A DNA stretch of 31,090 nt from a virus (lineage: Duplodnaviria; Caudoviricetes), in IMG/VR virus record IMGVR_UViG_3300048080_000141, positions 1 to 31,090 of that record, one strand, 5' to 3'. Every line of letters begins with the position of its first letter. Position 1 is the first letter of the stretch. Positions 1 through 9,329 of this stretch are shown here, in pieces. The notes under the pieces were generated by a model. The model was given only the letters and a program-made list of their open reading frames with translations, made no database searches and was not told where the DNA came from. Made by a program: the position numbers and the translations under genes.

Positions 1-12
1 TCCGTCGCACGC

Positions 13-297
13 ATGACCCCCGAAGTCGAATTACTCTCTCCACTTAGGAATCGCCGCAGATCCCGACGTTCCGCCGCCGCTCGCGGTTACGGCCAGGCGC
101 ACGGCGCGTATCGCGCACAACTTGTACCGATCGTGGCCGGGGGTATGGTGAACTGCGCCCGCTGCGGTGATCGCATCGAACCTGGCCAGCCCTGGGACCT
201 CGACCATCGCGATGACCGCCGAGGCTACCTCGGCCCTTCGCACCGCCGCTGCAACCGCCGCGGCTCGAAACCTCGGAGGCAGTCACGAGCCTGGTAG
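13..297 (+). CDS. Packaging-associated HNH endonuclease
   Basis: CARC...WDLDH-x-DD...GPSHRRCN motif; directly upstream of the terminase, as for HK97 gp74-type proteins. Confidence 0.8.
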   Translation: MTPEVELLSPLRNRRRSRRSAAARGYGQAHGAYRAQLVPIVAGGMVNCARCGDRIEPGQPWDLDHRDDRRGYLGPSHRRCNRRGSKPRRQSRAW

Positions 298-386
298 TCG
301 ATGTCATCCGCCCCCGCGTTGAATGGGTACCGGATGCACCCGAGTCGCTGGGTGAGCAGGCGGTCGAGTTTGCACGGCGGGTTGGG

Positions 387-1754
387 ATGACCCTCGATCC
401 CGAGCAGGAGTTCGTACTCGCTGCTTCACTTGGCATCAGGGACGACGGCCGCTGGCAGACGCGCGAGGTCGGTGTGAACATGCCGCGCCAGAATGGAAAA
501 GGTGAGATCCTGATCGCTCGCGAACTCGCGGGAATCTTCGAATTTGGGGAACGACTCGTCATCCACACCGCGCACGAGTTCAAGACCTCGGCCGAGCACT
601 TCAACCGGCTCGAGGCCGTCATCCGCGACTGTCCCCAGCTCCACGCGCAGGTAAAGCGCAACCCTTCGGGGCGCATCGTCGGCTATCGCTACTCGCACGG
701 CGAGGAGTCGATCGAGCTTCAGGACGGGGCGCGGATCGAGTTCAAGACGCGAACGAAGTCGGGCATGCGTGGCTTCGCGGGTGTGGACCTTCTCGTTCTC
801 GACGAGGCCATGATCATCTCGGACGCCGCTCACTCTGCGGCCATGCCGATCATCCGGGCGTCGAAGGCCGAGCGTGGGCCGCAGTTGTGGTATTCGGGCT
901 CGGCGGTCGATCAGGAGACGCAGGAAAACGGGATCGTGTGGACGCGGGTGCGCGAACGCGGCATCGCCGGCGAGGATCCGGCGCTCGCTTACTTCGAGTG
1001 GTCTCTAGATGCGGAGCACCCCGACGACGTCTCCGATGAGATGGCACTCGACCACGACCTGTGGCGGCGGATCAACTTCGCCATCGAACGCGGGCGCATC
1101 ACCGTGGAGCACATGGAGTGGGAGCGCCGCGCGATGAGCTTCCGCGGCTTCTGCGTGGAGCTCCTGGGTGCCGGCGACTACCCGGAGACGGACGTGTCGG
1201 CCGATGTGCTCGTATCGACTGAGGACTGGCTCGCGCTCGAGGATCCAAATTCCGTCGTGCTTGATCCAGTGTGCATCGCCTTCGACGTGTCACCCGAGCG
1301 ACATACGGCGATCGCCGCCGCCGGTCGTAACGAGCAGGGACTGATGCATGTGGAGGTCTTGGCGGCCGGGCACGGCACCGGTTGGTTGACGCAGCGGCTA
1401 GTCGAGCTTTACCGCAAGCACGAGGTCGCGGAGATCGTCTGCGACGGGTACGGACCTTCCGCGGCTATGGCGCGTAAGGCGGACGATGCCGGGATCAAGG
1501 TGCGGCGCCTCGACTCGAACGAGTACGGGCAGGCGTGTGGCGCGTTCGTCGACGCGGTGGGCGAGCAGACGCTCCGCCATCTCGGCCAGGACGAGATTCT
1601 GCACGCGATCCGCGGCGCCAAGGCTCGCCCGCTCGTCGATCGCTGGGCCTGGTCGCGAACCAAGTCGAGCGTGAACATCGCGCCGCTCGTCGCCGCCACG
1701 CTCGCGCTCTACTCGGCGACCGAGAACGACGTCGGTGAGGTGGCGATCTTCTGA
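387..1754 (+). CDS. terL: Terminase large subunit (true start probably upstream, near 291)
   Basis: Walker A MPRQNGKG, Walker B LLVLDEA, C-terminal nuclease (AFDVS, IVCD, IAPLVAATLA); the frame is open upstream of ATG 387. Confidence 0.95.
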   Translation: MTLDPEQEFVLAASLGIRDDGRWQTREVGVNMPRQNGKGEILIARELAGIFEFGERLVIHTAHEFKTSAEHFNRLEAVIRDCPQLHAQVKRNPSGRIVGYRYSHGEESIELQDGARIEFKTRTKSGMRGFAGVDLLVLDEAMIISDAAHSAAMPIIRASKAERGPQLWYSGSAVDQETQENGIVWTRVRERGIAGEDPALAYFEWSLDAEHPDDVSDEMALDHDLWRRINFAIERGRITVEHMEWERRAMSFRGFCVELLGAGDYPETDVSADVLVSTEDWLALEDPNSVVLDPVCIAFDVSPERHTAIAAAGRNEQGLMHVEVLAAGHGTGWLTQRLVELYRKHEVAEIVCDGYGPSAAMARKADDAGIKVRRLDSNEYGQACGAFVDAVGEQTLRHLGQDEILHAIRGAKARPLVDRWAWSRTKSSVNIAPLVAATLALYSATENDVGEVAIF

Positions 1755-2920
1755 TGGCGGAAGATCAGTACGTAGACATCCCCGGCAGTGGCCGCATGCG
1801 GGTTACGACTCGCCGCGATGTGAGCCGGGCAGTCGTCAAGCGCCAGGTAACTCCGCTTGAGGGAACGAGCATCTCCCTCTGGAACACGATCATCCCCTCC
1901 TGGTGGCAGGAGCAAGGACTCTCGGCCTCGGCCTGGCTGCCCGGCAATGCCACGCTCGCCGAGCGGGTGTGGGTCGCGAATCGCTGCATTCAGCTCAACG
2001 CGCAGCAGATTGCGTCTATGCCACTTGAGTATCACGGCTCCTTCGAGCCGGCCTGGGTCTCGAGCCCCGACCCGAACTGGTACCCGAACGGAATCGGGGA
2101 CGCGCTGCACGCGATCGTCTCCCAGATGTACGGGTGGGGCTTCTCGGTTCAGTACGTGACCGACTTCTATGCGGACGGCTTCCCGCGGACGTGGACGGTG
2201 CTCGACTCGGGCCTCCTCTCTATCGGCATGGTGAACGGGGCGCGCGAATACAAGTACGGCGAGGCGGTCCTCGACCCGGCCCGCGTCATTCAGATCGACC
2301 GCAACCCTGGCATCGCCACTCACGGCTCCTCGGCGCTGCGCGCTTATGCACAGGTGGCATGGGGCTTGCTCGCGGCCGGCAATCAGTCGATGAGCGTGAA
2401 CTCGGGCGGCATCCCGCAGGCAGTTCTCAAGTCGGCGCGAAAGCTGACGAAGGAGCAGGCCGAAGCGCTACAGACGCAGTGGGGGGAAGCGACGACGAAT
2501 CGCGGCGGGCTCCCGCCTGTCCTGCCGCCCGAACTCGACTTCACACCGCTTTCCTTCAACCCCTCCGACCTCGCGCTGCTAGACACACAGGAGTTCAACG
2601 CAAAGGCGATCGCCACAGCGTTCGGAGTTCCCTCCGTCCTGCTGAACATGGCCCTGCAAGGCGGGCTGACCTATCAGAACCCTGCCGCGCTGGGTGAGAT
2701 GTGGTGGCGCTTCGAGCTTCGTACGACGGCCACGCGCATTTCCAATGCCTTCACCGCTCAAGCCTTGCCGCGCGGAAGCTGGGTCAACTTCGACGCCGCT
2801 GACACGTTTCTGCCGCTCGCCGAAATGTCCGAGGAAGACGATCCGCAGCTTTCCCAGGTCGCGAAGGCGTCTCCGGCGCAACAGCCGCGGCCGCTTCAAG
2901 CGATCGGAGGTTCTACATGA
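1754..2920 (+). CDS. Portal protein (HK97-like)
   Basis: Follows terL with TGATG overlap; NRCIQLNAQQIASMP, LSFNPSDLALLDTQEF, IATAFGVPSVLL motifs. Confidence 0.92.
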   Translation: MAEDQYVDIPGSGRMRVTTRRDVSRAVVKRQVTPLEGTSISLWNTIIPSWWQEQGLSASAWLPGNATLAERVWVANRCIQLNAQQIASMPLEYHGSFEPAWVSSPDPNWYPNGIGDALHAIVSQMYGWGFSVQYVTDFYADGFPRTWTVLDSGLLSIGMVNGAREYKYGEAVLDPARVIQIDRNPGIATHGSSALRAYAQVAWGLLAAGNQSMSVNSGGIPQAVLKSARKLTKEQAEALQTQWGEATTNRGGLPPVLPPELDFTPLSFNPSDLALLDTQEFNAKAIATAFGVPSVLLNMALQGGLTYQNPAALGEMWWRFELRTTATRISNAFTAQALPRGSWVNFDAADTFLPLAEMSEEDDPQLSQVAKASPAQQPRPLQAIGGST

Positions 2921-3675
2921 GCACAGTCCAAGAGACGCACGAAAGAGTGTCCTCTCCCACCGAGGTCGCGGTTCGCGTATTCGCCACCGAACTCAAGGCC
3001 GGCGACGGCCGCACCGTTGACTTGCGCATTGCCCCCTATCGTGAGCTGGCACAGGCGAATGACGGCCTTGGCGGTGTACCGCGCGGGGTGCTCTATCAGG
3101 AAGAGATCTTGCCCGGTGCGTTTGACCATCAGTTGAACGCGGCCAACCGCGTCCACATGAACGTCGAGCACGAGCCTGGCATCCTTGGCGTCGTCGGCCG
3201 TGGTGCGGCGCTCGCCAGTCGGAGTGACGGGCTGTACGGCTCCTTCCGCTTCCTCGAGACGAATGCTGGTGAGACAGCGCTCGCGCTTGTTCGTGAGGGG
3301 GCACTCGGTGGGGTGTCATTCGAGGCGGAGTTCAGGAAGTCGATCCGTACGGCCACGGGTGTTATCCAGCGCGTGAAGGCGAATCTCGTGAATATCGCGT
3401 TGTGCCGTGATCCTGCGTACGAGAGCGCCATCGTGCTCGGACTTCGAACAGAATCGGATGACGTTGTTCTGCTCGACGAATCCTTGCTCCCCATTCCATT
3501 CGATCCCGACGTCGCGGCACGGGTCGCGGCGCTGGGCATTACATTTCCCGATCACCTCAAGGCGCACCCCGTAGAGGACACCTCGACAGACGAATCTGTC
3601 GACACCTCCGAGCCGGCACCCGCCACGACGGAGACGGACTCACCGACTACCGAAGTGGAGGTGGAAGCGCAATGA
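2917..3675 (+). CDS. HK97-family prohead (maturation) protease with acidic C-terminal tail
   Basis: EEILPGAF, NVEH, DGLY, GGVSF and IALCRDPAY motifs; lies between portal and capsid. Confidence 0.9.
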   Translation: MSTVQETHERVSSPTEVAVRVFATELKAGDGRTVDLRIAPYRELAQANDGLGGVPRGVLYQEEILPGAFDHQLNAANRVHMNVEHEPGILGVVGRGAALASRSDGLYGSFRFLETNAGETALALVREGALGGVSFEAEFRKSIRTATGVIQRVKANLVNIALCRDPAYESAIVLGLRTESDDVVLLDESLLPIPFDPDVAARVAALGITFPDHLKAHPVEDTSTDESVDTSEPAPATTETDSPTTEVEVEAQ

Positions 3676-4937
3676 GCGCAACCACACAGAGCGAGCTGAG
3701 GCTCGCCAGCCTGCTCGACGAACGCGAGACGACCACCAAGCTGCACGAGACGGTCATCGCGGCGCTCGAGCAGAACGAGAACAAGCTGCCCTCGGAATCG
3801 CAGGCGCAGCAGATCAAGGCTTACCGCGAGAAGGCGCAGCAGCTGGACGAGGAGATCGCGGGCCTCTCGGAAGCCGTCGAGGAGAACCGGCGGGCCATCG
3901 AGATGTCCAAGGCGATTCGCCGGGTGCTGGTTGGCAACGTGGAAGGTGTCGACGTCGACGGTGAGAACATCGTCTACCGCGACTTCCACACGTACGCACG
4001 GGACGTCATCCTCACCGGTGACCTGAAGGCCTCCTCGGCCATCGCTCAGCGCATGGGTCCTGAGGCTGTCAACGCGGCCAGGGAGCGGCTTCAGTTCGCC
4101 AAGCGGACGCCGGCCAATACCTTGTCGTCCAACGTCCCGGGCCTTCAGCCCGAGCAGCACATCGCTCAGATCTTCCAGGTGATCGAGACTCGGCGCCCGC
4201 TGGTGGCGTCCGGGTTCCGCTCGACGCTCGAGCGGGGCTCGCTCACCTTCCCGAAGATCACGCAGCGGCCGCTCGTCTCCGTGCAGGCGACGCAGAAGAC
4301 GGAGGCTGGCAACCAGGGGATGCTGGTCACAATGGAGACCGCAACCGCCAGCACCTACCTCGGCGGCGGCGACCTCTCCTGGCAGGCGATCAACTGGTCG
4401 ACCCCGGACGCGCTGGAGCTGTGGTTCCGGCTCGCCGCGGCCGACTATGCCCTGAAGACCGAGCAGGACGCCGGCGAGGTCATCCAGTCGGCGGCGTTCC
4501 TGAACGACATCGCGACGCTCTTCGGGGCGACGGGAACCTTCGCGGCCTTCATGACGGCCGTCGCGGCGGGGATGTCGGAGGTGTACGCGAACTCGGGCGA
4601 GATCGCGGACACGCTCTATCTGGCACCCGATCGGGCCTTCTATCTGCTCGGGCTCACCACCGACACGCCGTCGGTGTTCGCCAATGGTTCCCTCAACGCT
4701 CGGACGGGCGACGGCAACATCGCCAGCCTGAGCGTCGTGGTCTCGCGCGGACTCGACTCCGGCGTGATCGCGGTCGGTGTCGGCGAGCATCTGATCGTGG
4801 CCGAGACGGCGGGGGCTCCGGTTGAGCTTCGGGTCGTCGAGCCTGCGATCGGAGGCGTCGAGGTCGGCATCATCGGCGCGTTCGAGGCAGTCGTCGCGCA
4901 GGACGAGTCCTTCTCGCTCCTGACGGCCGCTTCGTAG
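3672..4937 (+). CDS. Major capsid protein (HK97 fold, N-terminal coiled-coil delta-like domain)
   Basis: 421 aa after the protease; helical coiled-coil N-terminus; FPKITQRP and LSWQAINWS segments; followed by a strong hairpin. Confidence 0.9.
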   Translation: MSATTQSELRLASLLDERETTTKLHETVIAALEQNENKLPSESQAQQIKAYREKAQQLDEEIAGLSEAVEENRRAIEMSKAIRRVLVGNVEGVDVDGENIVYRDFHTYARDVILTGDLKASSAIAQRMGPEAVNAARERLQFAKRTPANTLSSNVPGLQPEQHIAQIFQVIETRRPLVASGFRSTLERGSLTFPKITQRPLVSVQATQKTEAGNQGMLVTMETATASTYLGGGDLSWQAINWSTPDALELWFRLAAADYALKTEQDAGEVIQSAAFLNDIATLFGATGTFAAFMTAVAAGMSEVYANSGEIADTLYLAPDRAFYLLGLTTDTPSVFANGSLNARTGDGNIASLSVVVSRGLDSGVIAVGVGEHLIVAETAGAPVELRVVEPAIGGVEVGIIGAFEAVVAQDESFSLLTAAS

Positions 4938-4945
4938 TTTCAACA

Positions 4946-4971
4946 GGGGGCGGGGCTTCGGTCCCGCCCCC
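4946..4971 (+). terminator. GC-rich hairpin with C(UUCG)G tetraloop after the capsid gene
   Basis: GGGGGCGGGGC-TTCG-GTCCCGCCCCC; no U-tract, so a leaky terminator or mRNA stabiliser. Confidence 0.7.
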
Positions 4972-4989
4972 ATCCCCAAGGAGGACTAA

Positions 4990-5382
4990 ATGGCAGTCGG
5001 ACTAGCAGTCGGACAGGCGAACGCGATCCTTGATGCTCTTTGTCGGAGCGTGGCCTGGGTGGAGCCGATCTCTTTCAACGTCAAACTGCACATCGGCGAC
5101 CCCGGAGCTGCGGGTACAGCGAACCCAGCGGGTGAGACGACTCGCAAGGCAGCAACGTTTTCGGCGGCTGCGTCGGGAGCGATCACGACTTCGGCGGATC
5201 TGGCCTGGACGAACGTCTCGACCACGGAGACGTATTCGCATATCTCGTTCTGGAGCGACATCGCGGCGGGTACCTTTCTTGGCTCGGACGCGCTCAACGT
5301 CGCCAAGGCCGTAACGGCCGGCGACAACTTCACCATTCCCGCCGGCGACCTGGACATCGACATCACGATCATTGCCGCCTAG
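4990..5382 (+). CDS. Small virion structural protein (fibre/spike-base-like)
   Basis: GAGGA RBS; LHIGDPG...RKAATFSAAASG...GTFLGS...AGDNFTIPAGDLDI pattern typical of small phage structural proteins. Confidence 0.7.
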   Translation: MAVGLAVGQANAILDALCRSVAWVEPISFNVKLHIGDPGAAGTANPAGETTRKAATFSAAASGAITTSADLAWTNVSTTETYSHISFWSDIAAGTFLGSDALNVAKAVTAGDNFTIPAGDLDIDITIIAA

Positions 5383-6884
5383 TGAAGCGGCTCATCCTGT
5401 CGCTCGGCGCAACGCTTCCCGCGCTGTTCCTCATCGCTGGAGCGCAGGCGCAGACGTGCGGCTTCGACGTGTGCGTTGGAGATTCCTGGCAGGCCGCTTA
5501 CGCGGGGGCGGCCTACGGCGAGGAGGTGACGCTCGAGCCGGGCGCTCATCCCGCGCAGTCGCTCTACTTCGTCTCTGGCAGGGCGTCCGAGGTGGATGAG
5601 CCGAACGTGGTCTTCCAGGGCGGGCCGGGAGTGAGCGTCGGGAACATCACGGCTTACGGCATCCGTCACGTAACGTTCTCCGGCATCAACGCCGGGGACG
5701 TGGTCTTCGAGTGCGAGGACACTGGCATCCCGGTGGAGGCGCGCGGGCAGCATCCCATCGACGTTGCCGTCATCGACTCCAAACTGCGGACAACACGCTC
5801 CGAGAACGCCTCCGACCTCCTCATCGCCCGGAACGAGATCGGTCCCTCCTCCACCGTCAACAAGGTCAACGCTTCCGCCGATGACTTAGGTGGGAACTGC
5901 ACGGACGAACCGCCCACCGGCATCGTCTACGAGGACAACGACATCCACAACTTCCGCGAATCCTCGGCGGCATCGCATATGGAGTGCCTGTTCGTGGAGG
6001 GCGTGCAGGGTCTAACCATCCGGCGCAACATCTTTCGGGCCTGCTCCGTGTTCGATCTTTTCTTCAAGCGCCAGGGTGCAGCTGGATCCTTCGGGATGTC
6101 CAACATCCTGATCGAGAACAACATGCTCGGACATCCGGTCGCTTCCGCCTTCCGCACGGCAGGCTCGACGGCCATCTCTTTCTCAGGAGCAGCGGGGGCG
6201 AATTACTCGAATCTGACCGTGCGAAATAACTCCGTCAACGCACAGATCCTCCTGCGCGACGACCTCGGGGTGACCTTCACGAACACGCTCATCGAGGGGA
6301 ACCTCGCCCTCCAGCACAGCGGAGATTGCTTCCTCGCCGGGGTGACGATGCGCTACAACGGCTGGCTCAACCCAGGCCAGGCATGTGCCGCCGACCTCGG
6401 CGATAATCAGCTCTCCGGCTGGATTGATGTCGAGACACAAGCCGAGCTCGACTCTCCGACTTCCGACCCCACGATCGACTATCACTTGAGCGCGGGCGCC
6501 TGGGCCATCGACCGCAGCCCCGCCGGACCGGTCGAGGATTTCGATGCGCAAGCGCGGCCCCTCGGCCCGGCCTTTGACGTGGGCGCGGACGAGTGGACGC
6601 CGCCCCTTGACGTCTCGCCGCCGAGTGCTCCCTCCGCACTCGCGATCTCCGATCCTCAGTCATCGAGCGTCTTGCTCTCGTGGCAAGCCTCTTCTGACGA
6701 CATGGGCGTCGCGGGCTATCGGGTCTACCTGGACGCCGCGCTAGTGGCGGATACGGCCACCCTGAGCGCGCTCGTACTCGGGCTCGCTGCCGAGCAGCAC
6801 GCACTCGAGGTGGAGGCGTATGACGCTGCCGGGAACGTCTCCCCGCGCGCCTTGCTGATCGTCTACCGCACCTGGCGCATCTGA
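5382..6884 (+). CDS. Signal-peptide-bearing parallel beta-helix (pectin-lyase-like) protein with C-terminal fibronectin type III domain
   Basis: N-terminus MKRLILSLGATLPALFLIAGAQA; beta-helix repeats (LTIRRNIF, NILIENNML, NLTVRNNSV); DYHL...AID...DFD...R...DVGADE cap; Fn3 PPSAP...LSWQASSDDMGVAGYRVY...AYDAAGNVS. Confidence 0.8.
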   Translation: MKRLILSLGATLPALFLIAGAQAQTCGFDVCVGDSWQAAYAGAAYGEEVTLEPGAHPAQSLYFVSGRASEVDEPNVVFQGGPGVSVGNITAYGIRHVTFSGINAGDVVFECEDTGIPVEARGQHPIDVAVIDSKLRTTRSENASDLLIARNEIGPSSTVNKVNASADDLGGNCTDEPPTGIVYEDNDIHNFRESSAASHMECLFVEGVQGLTIRRNIFRACSVFDLFFKRQGAAGSFGMSNILIENNMLGHPVASAFRTAGSTAISFSGAAGANYSNLTVRNNSVNAQILLRDDLGVTFTNTLIEGNLALQHSGDCFLAGVTMRYNGWLNPGQACAADLGDNQLSGWIDVETQAELDSPTSDPTIDYHLSAGAWAIDRSPAGPVEDFDAQARPLGPAFDVGADEWTPPLDVSPPSAPSALAISDPQSSSVLLSWQASSDDMGVAGYRVYLDAALVADTATLSALVLGLAAEQHALEVEAYDAAGNVSPRALLIVYRTWRI

Positions 6885-7732
6885 TGTCGCCGCTCTGGAC
6901 TCCCCCACACGGCTACACCGCACTCGAAGACAACCAGGGCGCGGCGAGCACGGAGATCGGATTGTTCATAACGTCTGATCCTACGACCGCGCATACAAAG
7001 GGGCCGTGGAACGAACTCATCGCCTCTACTGGCTTCGATGCATACGGGGTAACGGTCGCCCTGTCAGGTCTGGCTATTGCTAACACCAACACCAGATGTC
7101 TTGTGGATATCGGCGTGGGGGCAAGCACCTCCGAAGCGGTGATCATCAACAACCTGCTCGCCGGGGGTGCCCCCTCCTTCGGCGGCACGAACGCTCCTGG
7201 GCTCGCGCTCTTTTACTTCCCTATCTTCATTCCGGCTGCTACACGGATTGCCGCCCGCAGTCAGTCACTTATCATTGGCGACGGCGTAGGTGTATGTGTA
7301 TGGCTGCATCAGAAGCCGCTGCGACCGGGCTGGTTTGGAACCCGTGTCACTTCCTACGGTCCGGACACGGCCACGAGTAGCGGCGTCTCCCACTCGCCGG
7401 GTAATGCTTCCTACGCCGCTGCGACGGAGATCGTGGCCTCGACCACCAACCCGATCCGAGCTCTTCAAGTAGGGATTGACCTGCTTACGGACACGACAGC
7501 CACGAACGCTAGCGGACTCCTCCGTATCGGCATTGGCTCAACACCCATCTATATCGCTGCGGATCTGCCCTATTCGGAATCCACGACGGCTGAACTGACT
7601 AGCTGCGTTTACGCGAACATGATCCTGTCGCAGCAACGGTTCAACCTCGCTGCTGCCACTCGCCTTGTTATCTCCGCGCAGCGTAACGTCGCGGCCGAGG
7701 CGCGCGGGTTCGCGCTCTACGGGGTGGACTGA
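6884..7732 (+). CDS. Putative virion fibre-associated protein with two related beta domains
   Basis: TGATG-coupled; WNELIAST and ATEIVAST mark an internal duplication; Ala/Thr/Gly-rich. Confidence 0.6.
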   Translation: MSPLWTPPHGYTALEDNQGAASTEIGLFITSDPTTAHTKGPWNELIASTGFDAYGVTVALSGLAIANTNTRCLVDIGVGASTSEAVIINNLLAGGAPSFGGTNAPGLALFYFPIFIPAATRIAARSQSLIIGDGVGVCVWLHQKPLRPGWFGTRVTSYGPDTATSSGVSHSPGNASYAAATEIVASTTNPIRALQVGIDLLTDTTATNASGLLRIGIGSTPIYIAADLPYSESTTAELTSCVYANMILSQQRFNLAAATRLVISAQRNVAAEARGFALYGVD

Positions 7733-8400
7733 TGGCGATTGTTCAGTTCGAGACTGGCACCGTCGCGTCCCTGACGACGGAGACTGTGCTCAACTCGGTT
7801 ACGCCGGGAACTGCGGACGGCATCTTCCAGCTCGTGGTGGATGCGGCGGACATGATCGAAGACGATGAGCTAGTGGTACGGATCAAAGAAAAGTGCCGCT
7901 CGGGGGACACGCAGCGGCTCGTCTGGGACTACGGTTTGCAGCAGGTCGCGGGCGATTCGCCGATCCTCATCTCGCCTGCGCTCGTGCTCCTGCACGGTTG
8001 GGACATGACGTTGGAAGCGCGCGCCGGAACGATCAGCGTCCCCTGGTCGATTCGGCAGTTGTCATCCGGCATCTCTGAGCACAACTCGGGCTCCCAGACC
8101 TGCACGGTGACGACCGAGCACACGCTTGGCACGGCGGATGATGCGACGGATGTCGCGATTCAGTTCTGGCTCGACTTCAACGCGGCGCTGGTGGATGACA
8201 TCTTCCGCGTCCGCATCCGCGAGATGACCGTTCCCTCAGGAACGAAGCGGGTCGTACACGAATACTGGCTGGAAGCGCCCTTCTCGTCTCCGCTCTTCGT
8301 CACCGATGCGCTCGTGCTGATGAATGCCTGGGATATCACCCTCACACAGACGGCCGGAACCTCGCGTGCCGTTCCCTGGTCGATGAGGCGAGCCGCATGA
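7732..8400 (+). CDS. Putative virion protein with a tandemly duplicated ~105-aa domain
   Basis: Both halves read FQ/QF..D...DD...VRI.E...SG..R.V..Y.L.....P....ALVL...WD.TL...AGT...PWS.R. Confidence 0.65.
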   Translation: MAIVQFETGTVASLTTETVLNSVTPGTADGIFQLVVDAADMIEDDELVVRIKEKCRSGDTQRLVWDYGLQQVAGDSPILISPALVLLHGWDMTLEARAGTISVPWSIRQLSSGISEHNSGSQTCTVTTEHTLGTADDATDVAIQFWLDFNAALVDDIFRVRIREMTVPSGTKRVVHEYWLEAPFSSPLFVTDALVLMNAWDITLTQTAGTSRAVPWSMRRAA

Positions 8401-9329
8401 TTTGGGGACTGCCGATCCTGAATGCGGCGGCTGGCGCGACCACACATCTCGGGGCTTCCTCGCTGACGCTGACGCTGGGCGTCGTCTCTTCAGGTGTTGC
8501 TGAACGCAAGGCGGCCTCTTCTGCCACCTTTACCTTCGGCATCACCTCGGCAGGACAGAGAACGGTCAGCGGAGCTTCCGCTGTCACCTTCACCTTCGGC
8601 TTCGTTTCCAGCGGAGTACGAGGGGCGAGCGCCACGAGCTCGCTGGGACTCGTCTTCGGGATCGCGTCCGCAGGCGCGCATGAGGGACGCGGAGCATCCT
8701 CGCTCGGCCTCACCTTCGGCGTGGCGTCGAGCGGCGTTCACGAGGGCAGGGGTGCGTCTTCGCTTGGCCTGGTCTTCTCGGTTACCACCAGCGGCACCCG
8801 CACCACCTTCGGGGCGTCGAGCGTGCCGCTCGTCTTTTCGATCACATCGGCGGGGCAGGCTACGCGCTTCGCGGCTTCGAGCCTCCCGATTGTCTTCACG
8901 ATCACTTCCTCGGGCGAGGTAGAGGGATCGGTTACCGGAGCGTCTTCGCTCACGCTCGTCTTCGGAATGAGCTCACAGGGACGCGTGGACGCCTTCGCCG
9001 CGAGCAGCCTGACGCTGACCTTTGGTATTGCCTCACAGGGCGTGCGCGGAGTTGCCGGCTCGAGCTCGCTGCCGCTCACCTTCGGAGTCGCGTCCTCGGG
9101 CATACGTACGGGCGTCGGGACATCCTCCCTTACCCTCGTTTTCGGCTTCACATCCTCCGCCATCGCAGGCAAGTTCGGCGCATCGAGCCTGCCTATCGTC
9201 TTCACGATCACGTCGTCTGCCGAGGAGCCCATCCAACTGCGGATAGGCATCGCGCCCAGAATCGGTAACCGCCCGATGCCGCGCGGCTTCATTCAAACCC
9301 CCGATACCCCGGAGTTGGTGCGCTCATGA
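8397..9329 (+). CDS. Ser/Thr/Gly-rich fibre-like protein with about 13 copies of a 20-aa repeat
   Basis: Consensus GASSL(T/P/G)L(T/V)FG(I/V)(A/T)SSG-x5; ATGA-coupled at both ends. Confidence 0.75.
   Translation: MIWGLPILNAAAGATTHLGASSLTLTLGVVSSGVAERKAASSATFTFGITSAGQRTVSGASAVTFTFGFVSSGVRGASATSSLGLVFGIASAGAHEGRGASSLGLTFGVASSGVHEGRGASSLGLVFSVTTSGTRTTFGASSVPLVFSITSAGQATRFAASSLPIVFTITSSGEVEGSVTGASSLTLVFGMSSQGRVDAFAASSLTLTFGIASQGVRGVAGSSSLPLTFGVASSGIRTGVGTSSLTLVFGFTSSAIAGKFGASSLPIVFTITSSAEEPIQLRIGIAPRIGNRPMPRGFIQTPDTPELVRS
8451..9222 (+). repeat. Degenerate 60-bp coding tandem repeat (about 13 units)
   Basis: Periodicity visible in the translation and in recurring CTCGTCTTC/ACCTTCGG DNA words. 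Confidence 0.75.

Noticed and set aside
3552-4979. 475-aa minus-strand ORF and many other long antisense or alternate-frame ORFs
   Set aside because: Shadow ORFs of GC-rich genes: they fully overlap well-supported CDSs, are Arg/Pro-rich and have no motifs
8451-9222. CRISPR array or DGR template
   Set aside because: The repeats are degenerate, in-frame and coding; there are no identical repeats with spacers and no reverse transcriptase in the window
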